DNA of 64,000 bases from Escherichia phage vB_Eco_mar004NP2, in the sequence record NC_048205.1; one strand, given 5' to 3'. Both the position numbers and the translations under genes were made by a program. Shown piece after piece: positions 46,136 through 55,783 of this stretch. The first letter of the stretch is position 1. Each line of letters opens with the position of its first letter. The notes under the pieces are model-generated. The model was given only the letters and a program-made list of their open reading frames with translations. It was not told the origin of the DNA and did not search any database.

Positions 46136-46656
46136 TGAAAGTCTGCTTTTGGAGCGATCTACACTTAGGACATGCAAATATTACTAAATTCAGACCAATC
46201 TTCTCTACTATGGAAGAGCATGATGAATTTATTATGGATACTATTACATCCATGAAAGATAAGCGTACAGTATTTTATATTTTAGGGGATGCATTTGTAT
46301 CTAGAAATGGTTTGGAGAAATTCGAAAAACTCTTTAGTAATGTTAGAACTACATTAGTTTTGGGGAACCACGACTTAGAACGAGAAGGGTTATCTTTCAA
46401 AGACTTAGTGGGAGTTGTAGATAACGTACAATCCCTAGTTAAGTATAAAAACTTTTGGCTTTCCCATGCTCCAGTACATCCAGAAGAGTTAAGGGGCAAG
46501 AAGAACTTACATGGGCATACTCACTTTGAGTTAATGGGGGACCCTCGTTATATTAACGTTTGTGTAGAGTATGCAAAATCACCAGTACGCCTGGAAGACA
46601 TCATGAATGGTAAGTACACTTCTCATGATAAAACTAGCTGGATGTTAAATGTCTAA
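46135..46656 (+). CDS. calcineurin-like metallophosphoesterase
   Basis: DLHLGH, GNHD, HGHTH motifs. Confidence 0.6.
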   Translation: MKVCFWSDLHLGHANITKFRPIFSTMEEHDEFIMDTITSMKDKRTVFYILGDAFVSRNGLEKFEKLFSNVRTTLVLGNHDLEREGLSFKDLVGVVDNVQSLVKYKNFWLSHAPVHPEELRGKKNLHGHTHFELMGDPRYINVCVEYAKSPVRLEDIMNGKYTSHDKTSWMLNV

Positions 46657-46764
46657 GTATATAGCTGAGGTTATTATTAAACGAATTATACAGGCGATAG
46701 CAATACTTATAATCATTTGTATTGCTATTGGCACAGGATTAGGCATTTTAATTGAAAGTTTTAT

Positions 46765-46793
46765 TTGCTAAAATGCCTAAGTTTCTGTATAAT
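46765..46793 (+). promoter_or_regulatory. T5-type early promoter
   Basis: -35 TTGCTA / 17 bp / -10 TATAAT. Confidence 0.6.
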
Positions 46794-46823
46794 TACTTTA
46801 TAAATTGATGAGAAGGAATCAAA

Positions 46824-47255
46824 ATGAACAAAGTTGATAAAGCTCTAGTTTTCACAGCAGCAGATAAGTTTGAACAAGTTAAGGCAACTTTCCGAACCTT
46901 GTTCCAGTCTTACGTTCAGGATAAGTCTAATCCTATCTCTGAACGTTTGATGGTCTGGGAATGTCATGCATGCAATGCCTTATTAATTGCTGATTATCGT
47001 AGCGATATAGATAAAGATCTGTGCGAAATTCTTATCGCTGAGGAGGCAGAACGTTATCAGTTAATCTCTTTCCAAGATTTGGCAGAGCATATCATTCCCG
47101 ATGATCTTTGGGATAAATACTATGGTGATCCTGAAGATGAAGGAATGACTCCAGAAGCATGCATTGAGCTGATCTGCAAAGATCATCCTGAAATTGCAGA
47201 GAAATTTGAAAAAGTTTTTGCTTCTGAGTTCTCCGGCGTTGTTAACGATTGGTAA
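46824..47255 (+). CDS. hypothetical protein
   Basis: ORF with GAGAAGGAA RBS and promoter. Confidence 0.6.
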   Translation: MNKVDKALVFTAADKFEQVKATFRTLFQSYVQDKSNPISERLMVWECHACNALLIADYRSDIDKDLCEILIAEEAERYQLISFQDLAEHIIPDDLWDKYYGDPEDEGMTPEACIELICKDHPEIAEKFEKVFASEFSGVVNDW

Positions 47256-47272
47256 GTAATTAAAAAATTCAG

Positions 47273-47301
47273 TTGCTTTAAGCCTTAAAATTCTGTATAA
47301 T
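47273..47301 (+). promoter_or_regulatory. T5-type early promoter
   Basis: -35 TTGCTT / 17 bp / -10 TATAAT. Confidence 0.6.
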
Positions 47302-47333
47302 AAGTTCATAAATTAATGAGAGAGGAAATTCTA

Positions 47334-47585
47334 ATGGAAAACATGACTAAAAATGAAATGGCTAACGTTCTGGCAATTCTCCTCGACATGCAGGGTTTTG
47401 AAGGCCAGCTCATGAAGATGTCTATTCCGGCAATGAAAAAGATGTACGATTCCCTGAATAAGAATGCTATGGCGTTCAACCTTGCAAAACAAGAAGCACG
47501 TTTTGCTAAAGAGCATCAGGCAACTGCCGAACGTCGTGCAGCATCTTTTGAGCGTGAAGTTAAGCAACTGAAAGGTAAGAAATAA
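47334..47585 (+). CDS. hypothetical protein
   Basis: Second ATG of track ORF, 8 nt after GAGAGAGG. Confidence 0.55.
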   Translation: MENMTKNEMANVLAILLDMQGFEGQLMKMSIPAMKKMYDSLNKNAMAFNLAKQEARFAKEHQATAERRAASFEREVKQLKGKK

Positions 47586-47749
47586 TGGAAAGAATATCCA
47601 TTTTTATGCTATCACTCCTTTTAGGAGTGTTAATATATAGTATAGTTTCTCTTCACACACGTTTAGCAGAACTAGACAATTCTATCCACGAGTTAAATGT
47701 GGAGTTGTGTAAACTAGTTCCAAACAATGAAAAATGTAAGGATATTTAA
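47585..47749 (+). CDS. small membrane protein (54 aa)
   Basis: Unlisted ORF MERISIFMLSLLLGVLIY...; start overlaps upstream stop. Confidence 0.4.
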   Translation: MERISIFMLSLLLGVLIYSIVSLHTRLAELDNSIHELNVELCKLVPNNEKCKDI

Positions 47750-48030
47750 TGTTGATTGAAATTCTTATTGGGTTACTAGTTCTTACTACACTAGTAGCGA
47801 TTGGTGGAGTTATTGGGATTGTGAATGCACGAAAAAACATGGAAAGTATGCTTAGTACTAATGATGGACTACACCACCGTTTGCTAGAGCAAGAGCAAGA
47901 TATTGAATTAGCACAAAGACGCTCGGATATTCTTAAGGAAAAACTAAATAGTATAGAAGCAATAGTTGGGAATAATAAATTACCGGCTAAAGTAATGCGT
48001 ACACAGATAATCACGGAGATTAAAAAATGA
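47749..48030 (+). CDS. hypothetical membrane protein
   Basis: N-terminal TM helix; coupled starts. Confidence 0.5.
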   Translation: MLIEILIGLLVLTTLVAIGGVIGIVNARKNMESMLSTNDGLHHRLLEQEQDIELAQRRSDILKEKLNSIEAIVGNNKLPAKVMRTQIITEIKK

Positions 48031-48272
48031 TGATGTTTATTCTAGCATTTTATCTAATCGTGGTGGGAGTTCTAGTTACTAAGTACCATACATGGGCACC
48101 AAAGAATGTAGTTAAGGTAGCACTATTTGTTATTCCAGTCCCACTTATTATACTTTCTATGTTACTGGTGATGTTAATTGGTAAAGTGACGAAGACCGAT
48201 ATTAAACGCATTGCTGATGAATTGCAACAGTCTTGTGATATGGTAGAGGATATTCTTAAAGATGAAGCTTAA
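48027..48272 (+). CDS. hypothetical membrane protein
   Basis: Two TM helices; GGAGA RBS. Confidence 0.5.
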   Translation: MMMFILAFYLIVVGVLVTKYHTWAPKNVVKVALFVIPVPLIILSMLLVMLIGKVTKTDIKRIADELQQSCDMVEDILKDEA

Positions 48273-48588
48273 TTTTAATGAATTAAATACCTTACATGAG
48301 ATACTACAGTTTGTGAATAATAATATTAGCATTCCAGATGACACGCTAGAAGTTCTCATGTTAATCGAGAAAAAGGTAGGAATTGAAATTGAGGATTCTT
48401 GGAAACCACTTTCTGTATTAACACCACTTAATATGAAAGTGATAGTTAAAAATATTGATACTGGTGAAGAGTGTGAAATGATTCGTAAAGAACTAGCTGA
48501 TAGCTATTCACCAAAGTCTGTAGTAATGTACCATGATGATACCGCTAAGACTCTACAGACAGCTAATTATGTATGGCGTCTCCCATGA
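48262..48588 (+). CDS. hypothetical protein
   Basis: 108-aa ORF. Confidence 0.5.
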   Translation: MKLNFNELNTLHEILQFVNNNISIPDDTLEVLMLIEKKVGIEIEDSWKPLSVLTPLNMKVIVKNIDTGEECEMIRKELADSYSPKSVVMYHDDTAKTLQTANYVWRLP

Positions 48589-48687
48589 TTGATTTAGTAC
48601 CAATTACTGCGGGGCTAATAGCACTATTAGTGCTCGCAGTTTTCATTATTGTGGAGCAGGCCAAAGTAATAAGGAGACTTAAAAACA

Positions 48688-48888
48688 ATGGTAAAACGTC
48701 TTGTTTATCAGGCACCAAAGATTGTAACTGAGTATTTTGTATTACTGCCTCAGATTGTATTTCTAACAGCATTATTTAATATACTTTTTCGACATCTAGG
48801 AATAACGGAAAATATCTTCTACACTTCTGGGCTACTTCCTTTTATGTACGAAGGCATCATCGTGGCAATTAACGGAGTTCGTAAATGA
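48688..48888 (+). CDS. hypothetical membrane protein
   Basis: AAGGAG RBS. Confidence 0.5.
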   Translation: MVKRLVYQAPKIVTEYFVLLPQIVFLTALFNILFRHLGITENIFYTSGLLPFMYEGIIVAINGVRK

Positions 48889-49346
48889 CAGCACTACAAC
48901 AACTACAGAATTACTGGTTTGATAACCAATTTAACGATCTCTTCATCCAGTTGTTTGTCGAAACGAACGGACGCTTCAACTACCGATTCTTTAATAAGTT
49001 TCACGAAACAAAATTCTCGCATACAGAAATTAATGCAGCAATCCAAGACCTAACTGGTTCTAAAGTAATTCAGTATCGTGAAGTAGACTTCACACCAGAT
49101 TGTTTTGGGTTTGAATTGTTTAAGAAAGCGTATAAATTTGGTAAGTTTGAGGATGCTCGTCAATGGGTTCATGATTTCTGGTACAACACCGATATTGTCC
49201 CTAGTCGCGTGCTGATTCTTAACTGGATTGCTAAGCAACATCCACCTAAAACGCAATCATCCTTCTTACCGACTGACACAGGAAACCTCTACCATGACAG
49301 AAAAGAAAAACCCATTATTGGAGCAGATGAAGGAGTGGGAGAGTAA
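48885..49346 (+). CDS. hypothetical protein
   Basis: 153-aa ORF with GGAG RBS. Confidence 0.55.
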   Translation: MTALQQLQNYWFDNQFNDLFIQLFVETNGRFNYRFFNKFHETKFSHTEINAAIQDLTGSKVIQYREVDFTPDCFGFELFKKAYKFGKFEDARQWVHDFWYNTDIVPSRVLILNWIAKQHPPKTQSSFLPTDTGNLYHDRKEKPIIGADEGVGE

Positions 49347-49665
49347 TATTGAAACTGGTCTAATAGACGGTGAAGATATTGTCAACTCCATGCTAGAAGT
49401 AACAGTAGATAATATTAATCCTATTTTGGCTGGAGAAACCTCAGATCTTATAGGACTCTCTAGCACATTTGATTCTTTGGCTAAATTAGCTTTAGACGAT
49501 GAAGATATAACCAAAGAAGATCTCGCTACAGCTATGAATATGGCTATTAATGCTTACATCGGTAAACGTACTGATGAACTTGGTAAACAGATCAATAAGC
49601 GTGATGCTACGCTAGGTCTTATGGAAACGGCCACTATGTTAAGAAGTGGTAAACAACTTCATTAA
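49294..49665 (+). CDS. hypothetical protein
   Basis: Internal ATG of track ORF 49228-49665; start uncertain (49294 or 49330). Confidence 0.45.
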   Translation: MTEKKNPLLEQMKEWESNIETGLIDGEDIVNSMLEVTVDNINPILAGETSDLIGLSSTFDSLAKLALDDEDITKEDLATAMNMAINAYIGKRTDELGKQINKRDATLGLMETATMLRSGKQLH

Positions 49666-49672
49666 TTTTAGG

Positions 49673-49709
49673 AGGCCAGGACTTAGTTGTTCTGGCCTTT
49701 TATGTTTTC
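49673..49709 (+). terminator. rho-independent terminator
   Basis: Hairpin AGGCCAGGA...TCTGGCCT then TTTTATGTTTT. Confidence 0.65.
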
Positions 49710-49721
49710 AAGGAACTTCAA

Positions 49722-49925
49722 ATGCAAGTATATGTCCTTACTAGAGATATAAATGAGTATAATCAGGATGGTGAGTATTTTGTAAAAGTATTCGCTGAAA
49801 AGCCAAGTAAACAACAATTATTAGATGCGGGGGTACCCGAAGACCAGGCTAAGTGTATACTACAAGATAAAGAGTTTACCGGGGATGCTTACGAATGTTT
49901 CTACCTTAACTGTGAGACTATTTAA
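49722..49925 (+). CDS. hypothetical protein
   Basis: ORF after terminator; AAGGAA RBS. Confidence 0.5.
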   Translation: MQVYVLTRDINEYNQDGEYFVKVFAEKPSKQQLLDAGVPEDQAKCILQDKEFTGDAYECFYLNCETI

Positions 49926-49926
49926 T

Positions 49927-50373
49927 ATGAGAGAGAAAGTAAATGAATTATTAATCGAGGAAGCTAACAACTTTCCAATAAATAGGTTCATCAAATCGGA
50001 TGGATCTATTAATAGAACTAAAATTAAGCAGCTACATCCCGACTTCCAACAAGAAGCACTAAACCTTATATTTATCAAGAAAGCTGTTGCAGCTCATGGA
50101 GCTTTCTTCGGGTATGAGCGTGTAAATTATAAGACAATGCAACAGCAAGTTGAGATCTATTGTCCAGATCACGATGGTTATTACTGGCAAACTGCTAGAT
50201 CTCATTTAGAAGGTCATGGATGTCGACTGTGCGCACACAAGGTTGTGCAGCGTGTCACGGATTATGGAACTTATACCGTACCAGCATGTTACCATAAATT
50301 TGTAATTGACGATAATCATATAGTTTGGTATAATAAGTTTTCAAAGCTAAGAATGGAGATAAGTAGTGAGTAG
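49927..50373 (+). CDS. hypothetical Cys/His-rich protein
   Basis: In-frame ATG of track ORF 49825-50373. Confidence 0.5.
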   Translation: MREKVNELLIEEANNFPINRFIKSDGSINRTKIKQLHPDFQQEALNLIFIKKAVAAHGAFFGYERVNYKTMQQQVEIYCPDHDGYYWQTARSHLEGHGCRLCAHKVVQRVTDYGTYTVPACYHKFVIDDNHIVWYNKFSKLRMEISSE

Positions 50374-50656
50374 CTATATTGTATGGTCAAACCCACTAGC
50401 AGCACTTAGTAACAAACTATTTAAAACAACGTGGGGGTATAATGAAATAGACTTAGGTAGTCGCCCAATACCAAACAAACACCCCTTAGTTCCAGAGCTG
50501 TATAAGGTAGTGATAAATGGCACGGAGTATTTGGTTGATAAATTTGACAGAAAACGTTTACTAGAGGGTATCTACGATAATTCTACATCGATAAATGAAT
50601 TAGTAGAACATGCCCAAATATACGATAAGAGCTGGATGTTAATATGGAGATCATAG
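50366..50656 (+). CDS. hypothetical protein
   Basis: GTG start after GGAGA. Confidence 0.45.
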   Translation: MSSYIVWSNPLAALSNKLFKTTWGYNEIDLGSRPIPNKHPLVPELYKVVINGTEYLVDKFDRKRLLEGIYDNSTSINELVEHAQIYDKSWMLIWRS

Positions 50657-50877
50657 TAATTATTTTAGCAGTTATGTTATTTATTGTAACATTTGTATCG
50701 TTTGCTATTATGCGCAGAGCTATAGAACTAGCGGAAGATATAACAAAATTACGCGGTGAGTTGGCTGCTCTTAAACTACAACGTGAAGCCCTCAAGCTAT
50801 TTGTAGCTCAAGGTAGCGTAGAGCATACAGCAGAAGACTTCATCATATATCTCAAACGTTACATGGGAGTTAAATAA
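50644..50877 (+). CDS. hypothetical membrane protein
   Basis: TM helix then coiled-coil. Confidence 0.45.
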   Translation: MEIIVIILAVMLFIVTFVSFAIMRRAIELAEDITKLRGELAALKLQREALKLFVAQGSVEHTAEDFIIYLKRYMGVK

Positions 50878-51062
50878 TGGAAACTCTTTTTCTTTTAATG
50901 CTCGTAGGTTCCTTGCTAGTTATATTAGCACTTCTACTGATCTGCAATATTCTTAATAATAAGAATCTAGAGCTAAAGTGTGAGAACCAAATCCTTAACC
51001 GTGAACTTAAACAATATAATCTAGCAGCCCATAAACTGTTAGACAAACTGGAGAATAAATAA
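50877..51062 (+). CDS. hypothetical membrane protein
   Basis: TM helix; GGGAG RBS. Confidence 0.45.
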   Translation: METLFLLMLVGSLLVILALLLICNILNNKNLELKCENQILNRELKQYNLAAHKLLDKLENK

Positions 51063-51664
51063 TGTTTACACAACAACCTATTCAAGTAGTACCAGACCAT
51101 GAACTGAACACATGGGATTATAGCCTTAAAGATTTAACTGCTACTGTACAATTCAAATCTATGAAGCTAACATTTGCACACACTGACCTTAGAGCCTGTA
51201 AAGATCTTGAAGGTAAGCTCGAAGATGCTCGTAGGATTTTTGGCACGGCTCGCATCCCGGCTGATAACCTGATTAATGCACTAATCGATGCGGGATACAA
51301 ACTCGTGAAGACTGAGGTGAACCGCCCCAATACTCCAGTGACTATTAGAGACCCGTGGCAGTCAGGGCCAAATACAATGTGGAACAGCCCTAAAATAACG
51401 TCGGATTTGCACAATGTTCCTTGTGGGGGTGTGGTAAGTAGTACGAAGTCATATAAGTTTGGTGAAGATTATGGGCCTTCTGTACAGTTAAAGCATACCC
51501 AAGAAGCTCTTGAATCTGACATGAAAAGCGTAGCGCCTGCGGATACTGAAGGTTTTAGAAGTCCCATCTATGTTACTCACTTTAATAATCTTAGACCTGG
51601 GAGTATAAATGATACTATCCTTGAGGCGTTGGGAGCTGCTCTTAATGAGAGTAAAAAGGATTAA
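51062..51664 (+). CDS. hypothetical protein
   Basis: 200-aa ORF with GGAGA RBS. Confidence 0.55.
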   Translation: MFTQQPIQVVPDHELNTWDYSLKDLTATVQFKSMKLTFAHTDLRACKDLEGKLEDARRIFGTARIPADNLINALIDAGYKLVKTEVNRPNTPVTIRDPWQSGPNTMWNSPKITSDLHNVPCGGVVSSTKSYKFGEDYGPSVQLKHTQEALESDMKSVAPADTEGFRSPIYVTHFNNLRPGSINDTILEALGAALNESKKD

Positions 51665-51744
51665 TAATTTCCTAATACATGAGCCTCTACGGAGGCTCTA
51701 AAATAAAAAGAAGGTCATCCAGACCTTAAAAACGGGAGATAATA

Positions 51745-52629
51745 ATGTATAACTTTAAAGATAAACTAAGACAAAATGCTGGTAAAACAAAACCTAAAGA
51801 GAATAATAATGTTCCTAATGCCAAAGTATTACCATTTCCAGAACTGTCTCAAGAAGAAAAAGATAAGTTAGCATTTATGTTTGATGCTCTTCTAGGGCTA
51901 AGTGGACGTTTATATTCCTCACTCAATATTAATGAGAAACGTCTAGTAGAGATGTTCTGTAAACGTTACCAAGTTACTTCAAAGGGCAATTCTTATAAAG
52001 AAGGTGAAAAAGCATTTACAGTCTTAAAGATTAGCGCATATGCACATCGTTTCTTAGTTTATGGATTGCAAATGGAATACTTCACCATCCCATCATTTAG
52101 CTCTTTCCATATCTTTGAAGATGAACGAATGAATATTGATGATCTCTATGGGGATACGTACAAATACTCAGGAAGTCCATTCCACGATGCATTAAGGAGC
52201 TACCCTACTAGTTACTTACCAGTTAGGGCATCTCAAGGTAAAGCTAGCGTTTTTGCTGTTTACTCAGGATCTAAAGCATCGGATCTAGAAACTTATATAT
52301 TTAAAGAGCGTAAATCTGTACTTCCAGATGAAGCATTGTATAGCAATCCATTGCTTCCAGAAAAAGAACCAGAGAAAATTGATGTAACCCCACCAATCCC
52401 ATCTGATTCTCAATATTTAATTTATGAGAAACAAGTTAAGTTATCCCTAGAAATTGGGTTAGTTACACCGCTTGCTGCAGCGTTCATAAATAGATACCTA
52501 GAAATCCCAGATGAGTTCCACCAACGTTATAATACGAATATTCAGATAACGGATGAATTAATTGCGTTAGCAAAAGATACACCTACTGACACTGAGGCGT
52601 ATCAAAAAGCATACCAAGAGTTATTATAA
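51745..52629 (+). CDS. hypothetical protein
   Basis: 294-aa ORF with GGGAGA RBS; last gene before repeat region. Confidence 0.6.
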   Translation: MYNFKDKLRQNAGKTKPKENNNVPNAKVLPFPELSQEEKDKLAFMFDALLGLSGRLYSSLNINEKRLVEMFCKRYQVTSKGNSYKEGEKAFTVLKISAYAHRFLVYGLQMEYFTIPSFSSFHIFEDERMNIDDLYGDTYKYSGSPFHDALRSYPTSYLPVRASQGKASVFAVYSGSKASDLETYIFKERKSVLPDEALYSNPLLPEKEPEKIDVTPPIPSDSQYLIYEKQVKLSLEIGLVTPLAAAFINRYLEIPDEFHQRYNTNIQITDELIALAKDTPTDTEAYQKAYQELL

Positions 52630-53162
52630 TATTCTGCATGTCTCGGTGCACAATACCTGTACCGAGACTCAAATACAAACTCTCGTTGACAGATAGCTAA
52701 ATGTATGTTATCATAACTCTATGAGTTAATAGAATTAACCATTTAGAGTTGCCACACAGAAGGTGTGGTGGTTCAGTAATTTAAAATTACTAACTTGTAG
52801 CGGAGGATACGGAGCGACAGGACAAGTTAATAAGTAATTTAATATAAATTGCTAGAAACATCACGAGACCTTCTGGCGGGGGCAAAGCTCTATATGAGAA
52901 CCCTGGGGGATCTTATATTTAAAATAAAAGTAAAACTTTTGACCATATAATTTACATTCAAGATGATACACCTGTTGCCGCTCATCTGCTAGGATGGCAC
53001 AACACTTTCTTCTAGACTCCTAAGTTTCTAGGAAAACTCTTACACTCTAGGGCAGTTTCTCTCCAACGTTACATATCCTAGGCCGGTTTAATACAGGGCG
53101 GTTATTGGGAGGGCGGTTATTTCTAGAAGACATTTTTCCAAAACACATTTCCAGAAATTACT

Positions 53163-53764
53163 GTCGGATTCGCACATTGTGTTTCTAGAAATTTATGGTC
53201 GGATTTGCACAATTGCCTAAGTTTTCATGGACACATAATCTCCTGAAAATGGCAGCATTATTTCGGGCCGAAGGCCCATGATTGCCTGAGTTTTTAGAGC
53301 CACAAGAATTTTCACTTGTCAAGCTATTTTGCCACCTTTAGCAAATAAAATTTTACTTTATCTCCACTAATCTCAAATTAACCCAAATCTTCTCAACTCT
53401 TCCCCCAAAAACGCAGCAAATCAGGCGTTGCACGCCACCCATGCTGCTCCTCCAGTTTCTCCACTTATTTTCTCTCGCTCTCTCATCTTCTCCTCAAACC
53501 TATACAATCACACACCCTCCAATCGAAGTCACAAAAATCTTGTCGGATTCGCACATCTTAATCCTAGAAAAACCGTGTCGGATTTGCACATATCCCACAG
53601 GATTCGAACGCAGTTCGAGATTGCTGGAGTTTTTGGGAAAATTCATTGTCGGATTTGCACACTATAAAAATTTTTGGGGTCGGATTTGCACACTACCAAA
53701 AATTGTCGGATTCGCACATACACGCCCGCGCGTAATCCATGGTGGCAAATGTCGGATTTGCACA
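53163..53764. repeat. array of 8 dispersed direct repeats (T/G)GTCGGATT(C/T)GCACA
   Basis: Copies at 53163, 53198, 53541, 53576, 53647, 53678, 53704, 53750 with irregular spacing; iteron-like. Confidence 0.8.
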
Positions 53765-53766
53765 AA

Positions 53767-54000
53767 AGCGCAGGGCAATTGCCCTGCGCTAAATACGAAT
53801 GATAATGAGAATCATTCGTATTTAAAAAGCGGAATAAGAATGATAATAGTTCTCATTTAGAAAGTGAAATGAGAATCAATCTCATTTAAGAAAGGGAATG
53901 AGAACTATTCAAAAAATGAAATGATTCTCATTTAAAAAATGGAATGATTATCGGTTAGATAGTGAAATGCGAATGATAATGATTCTCATTTAAGAATGGA
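53767..54000. repeat. cluster of palindromic repeats (GCGCAGGGCAATTGCCCTGCGC and repeated AATGAGAATCATTCTCATT-type units)
   Basis: Perfect 22-bp palindrome at 53767-53788, then at least 6 copies of an inverted-repeat unit; related copy near 54320. Confidence 0.75.
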
Positions 54001-54083
54001 AGCGAGAAACACTATTATTTAAGTTACCCACAGACTTATTAACAGCACGATTTGATTTGACAGAATCCTAGCCATTTTGAGGC

Positions 54084-54128
54084 GTTATCAACAGACTTAT
54101 CCACAGCTTATCCTACTGTATAAATATA
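54084..54128. promoter_or_regulatory. DnaA-box cluster and left arm of inverted repeat
   Basis: TTATCCACA at 54097-54105 plus near-match TTATCAACA; segment is reverse complement of 57608-57649. Confidence 0.6.
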
Positions 54129-54389
54129 CAGTATTCCTACGCAGTGAATAATTCTAATATAGCGTTAAAACGTCCTAAATCGCATTCTAACGCGCTTAAT
54201 TTTGATGGGGATACTAAAACAAGGGCAAAATTGGAGGAGGCTTAAAAATTAGTTAGCTTGCTAACGATCACACAAGGCGACACGTAACACCCTAATCATT
54301 AGCAGGCTAACCATCACGGGCGCGGTTAAATGAGAATCACTCTCATTTGAGAATTGGGGGCACTCCCTGGTAGTTGCGCCCCGTTATTA

Positions 54390-54584
54390 TTAGTCTGGTA
54401 GTCGATGCGTGATCTTTTCCTCCTCCCCGTAGGAATCCACCAAATGCTGATAATAACCATCGTGATCATAAATCACTTTATCATACTCGCCACGCTCGAC
54501 CGCTTGTCGGTTTTCCGGCGTATCGGGCACGTAAAAAACATCAACCATTGTACTGATTTTGGTTACAACAATTTTATTGCTCAT
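54390..54584 (-). CDS. hypothetical protein (pre-early-region operon)
   Basis: Start at Met 54584 with AGGGG RBS; track ORF uses TTG at 54614. Confidence 0.45.
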   Translation of the reverse strand: MSNKIVVTKISTMVDVFYVPDTPENRQAVERGEYDKVIYDHDGYYQHLVDSYGEEEKITHRLPD

Positions 54585-54686
54585 AATAACCCCTAGTAAA
54601 TATATTTTTGCCAATAGTGGCGAACGTTATCGCCACCAGCGGAATCATTTGCAGCCTCAACATTACCCGCGAAAATATATATAATC

Positions 54687-55031
54687 TCATTGCGCCACCT
54701 TTCGAAACGCTGTTTCAATACTATCCGCAGTGGATTGAATATACGCGCCTTTCATTATCAGGCGCTCGGTGCATATCTTGCGAAAAATATTAATAAAATC
54801 ATCTTCATTTTCTGCAATTAACGCCTCACCCATGACCTGAACGTCGCAAGATGCAAAGGTCAAAAATTGAAACGCTAGTTCACGGGCAACGACCGCATTG
54901 ATTTTATAATGCGCCTTGCCTTCATAAATATTAATAACGCCCTTATAAGCTGGGGAAAGCTGATTTAAGTAGTTTGCTAGTAATGCCGGACGGCAATTAG
55001 CAACAAAACGATTGCCTTCATAAATTACCAT
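54687..55031 (-). CDS. hypothetical protein (pre-early-region operon)
   Basis: Start at Met 55031 with GGGGAG RBS. Confidence 0.5.
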   Translation of the reverse strand: MVIYEGNRFVANCRPALLANYLNQLSPAYKGVINIYEGKAHYKINAVVARELAFQFLTFASCDVQVMGEALIAENEDDFINIFRKICTERLIMKGAYIQSTADSIETAFRKVAQ

Positions 55032-55032
55032 T

Positions 55033-55245
55033 TTATAGCACTCCCCGAAACGCAGCGTAAAAGGTGGCAAAATGTTTAACTGTTTCAGCTATCACGTTGC
55101 CCCGTTTATCGAATTTTTTCTCGGTAACACGGAAGGCGTTTTTATTTCGCGCTACATATTCAATTTTACAATCTTCCCGCTCGAACGTGTTAACGTCCAC
55201 CAGCTTAAAGCCTTTTGAACGTGCAAGGGAAACGTTACGAATCAT
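55033..55245 (-). CDS. hypothetical protein (pre-early-region operon)
   Basis: AAGGAG RBS 7 nt upstream. Confidence 0.55.
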   Translation of the reverse strand: MIRNVSLARSKGFKLVDVNTFEREDCKIEYVARNKNAFRVTEKKFDKRGNVIAETVKHFATFYAAFRGVL

Positions 55246-55247
55246 TT

Positions 55248-55397
55248 TTATTCTCCTTTACTAGTCATGCAGCCCAGCAGATAAGAAAATACAGCGATAC
55301 CCGCACCAATAATAACCGCGTGAACGCCGAAAGCTATTGCAAAAAGTGATAAAATAGCGCCCAAGATACCTGCTAGAATAGCTCGAAAAATAACCAT
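55248..55397 (-). CDS. small membrane protein (49 aa)
   Basis: Unlisted hydrophobic ORF MVIFRAILAGILGAILSLFAIAF... with AGGAGG RBS. Confidence 0.4.
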   Translation of the reverse strand: MVIFRAILAGILGAILSLFAIAFGVHAVIIGAGIAVFSYLLGCMTSKGE

Positions 55398-55446
55398 TTG
55401 TGATAGCCTCCTAGTTATCGGGGGATATTATATCCCCCGTTATTAA

Positions 55447-55677
55447 TTACATTAAAACAATTTTTGCAGCTTGTTTTTTGGTGCAATGTTCCGCCTTCAG
55501 GGTATCCAGCAAAAAGCCAGCCGTTTGCTGATCGATTTTATCGGCGTTATATAGTTCCTGAATGGTATTATAGGTTTTAGCAATACCGAACTCCTGCACC
55601 ATTTCATAGATGACAGCACGATTAGATACCCAGCCTTGCGCGGTAAACAGATGACTAGCAGAAGAATAAGCAACCAT
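55447..55677 (-). CDS. hypothetical protein (pre-early-region operon)
   Basis: Start at Met 55677, GGAGG RBS 6 nt upstream. Confidence 0.5.
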   Translation of the reverse strand: MVAYSSASHLFTAQGWVSNRAVIYEMVQEFGIAKTYNTIQELYNADKIDQQTAGFLLDTLKAEHCTKKQAAKIVLM

Positions 55678-55783
55678 TTTAAGCCTCCAAATTTTTGGGA
55701 AAATTTTCAACCGTCCTTAAACGGTGTAAAGGCATTATAACAAAAAAGGCCACCAATTATGGCGACCTTTACAAAACTTTACA

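Noticed and set aside
53163-53764. Direct repeats considered as a CRISPR array
   Set aside because: Repeats are only about 15 bp, spacers are irregular (20-330 bp) and no cas genes are nearby; better explained as iteron-like binding sites
53441-53860. 139-aa ORF (and overlapping 79-aa ORF) across the direct-repeat array
   Set aside because: The reading frame is an artefact of the GTCGGATTTGCACA repeats (recurrent RICT/CRICT peptides); no RBS and low-complexity translation
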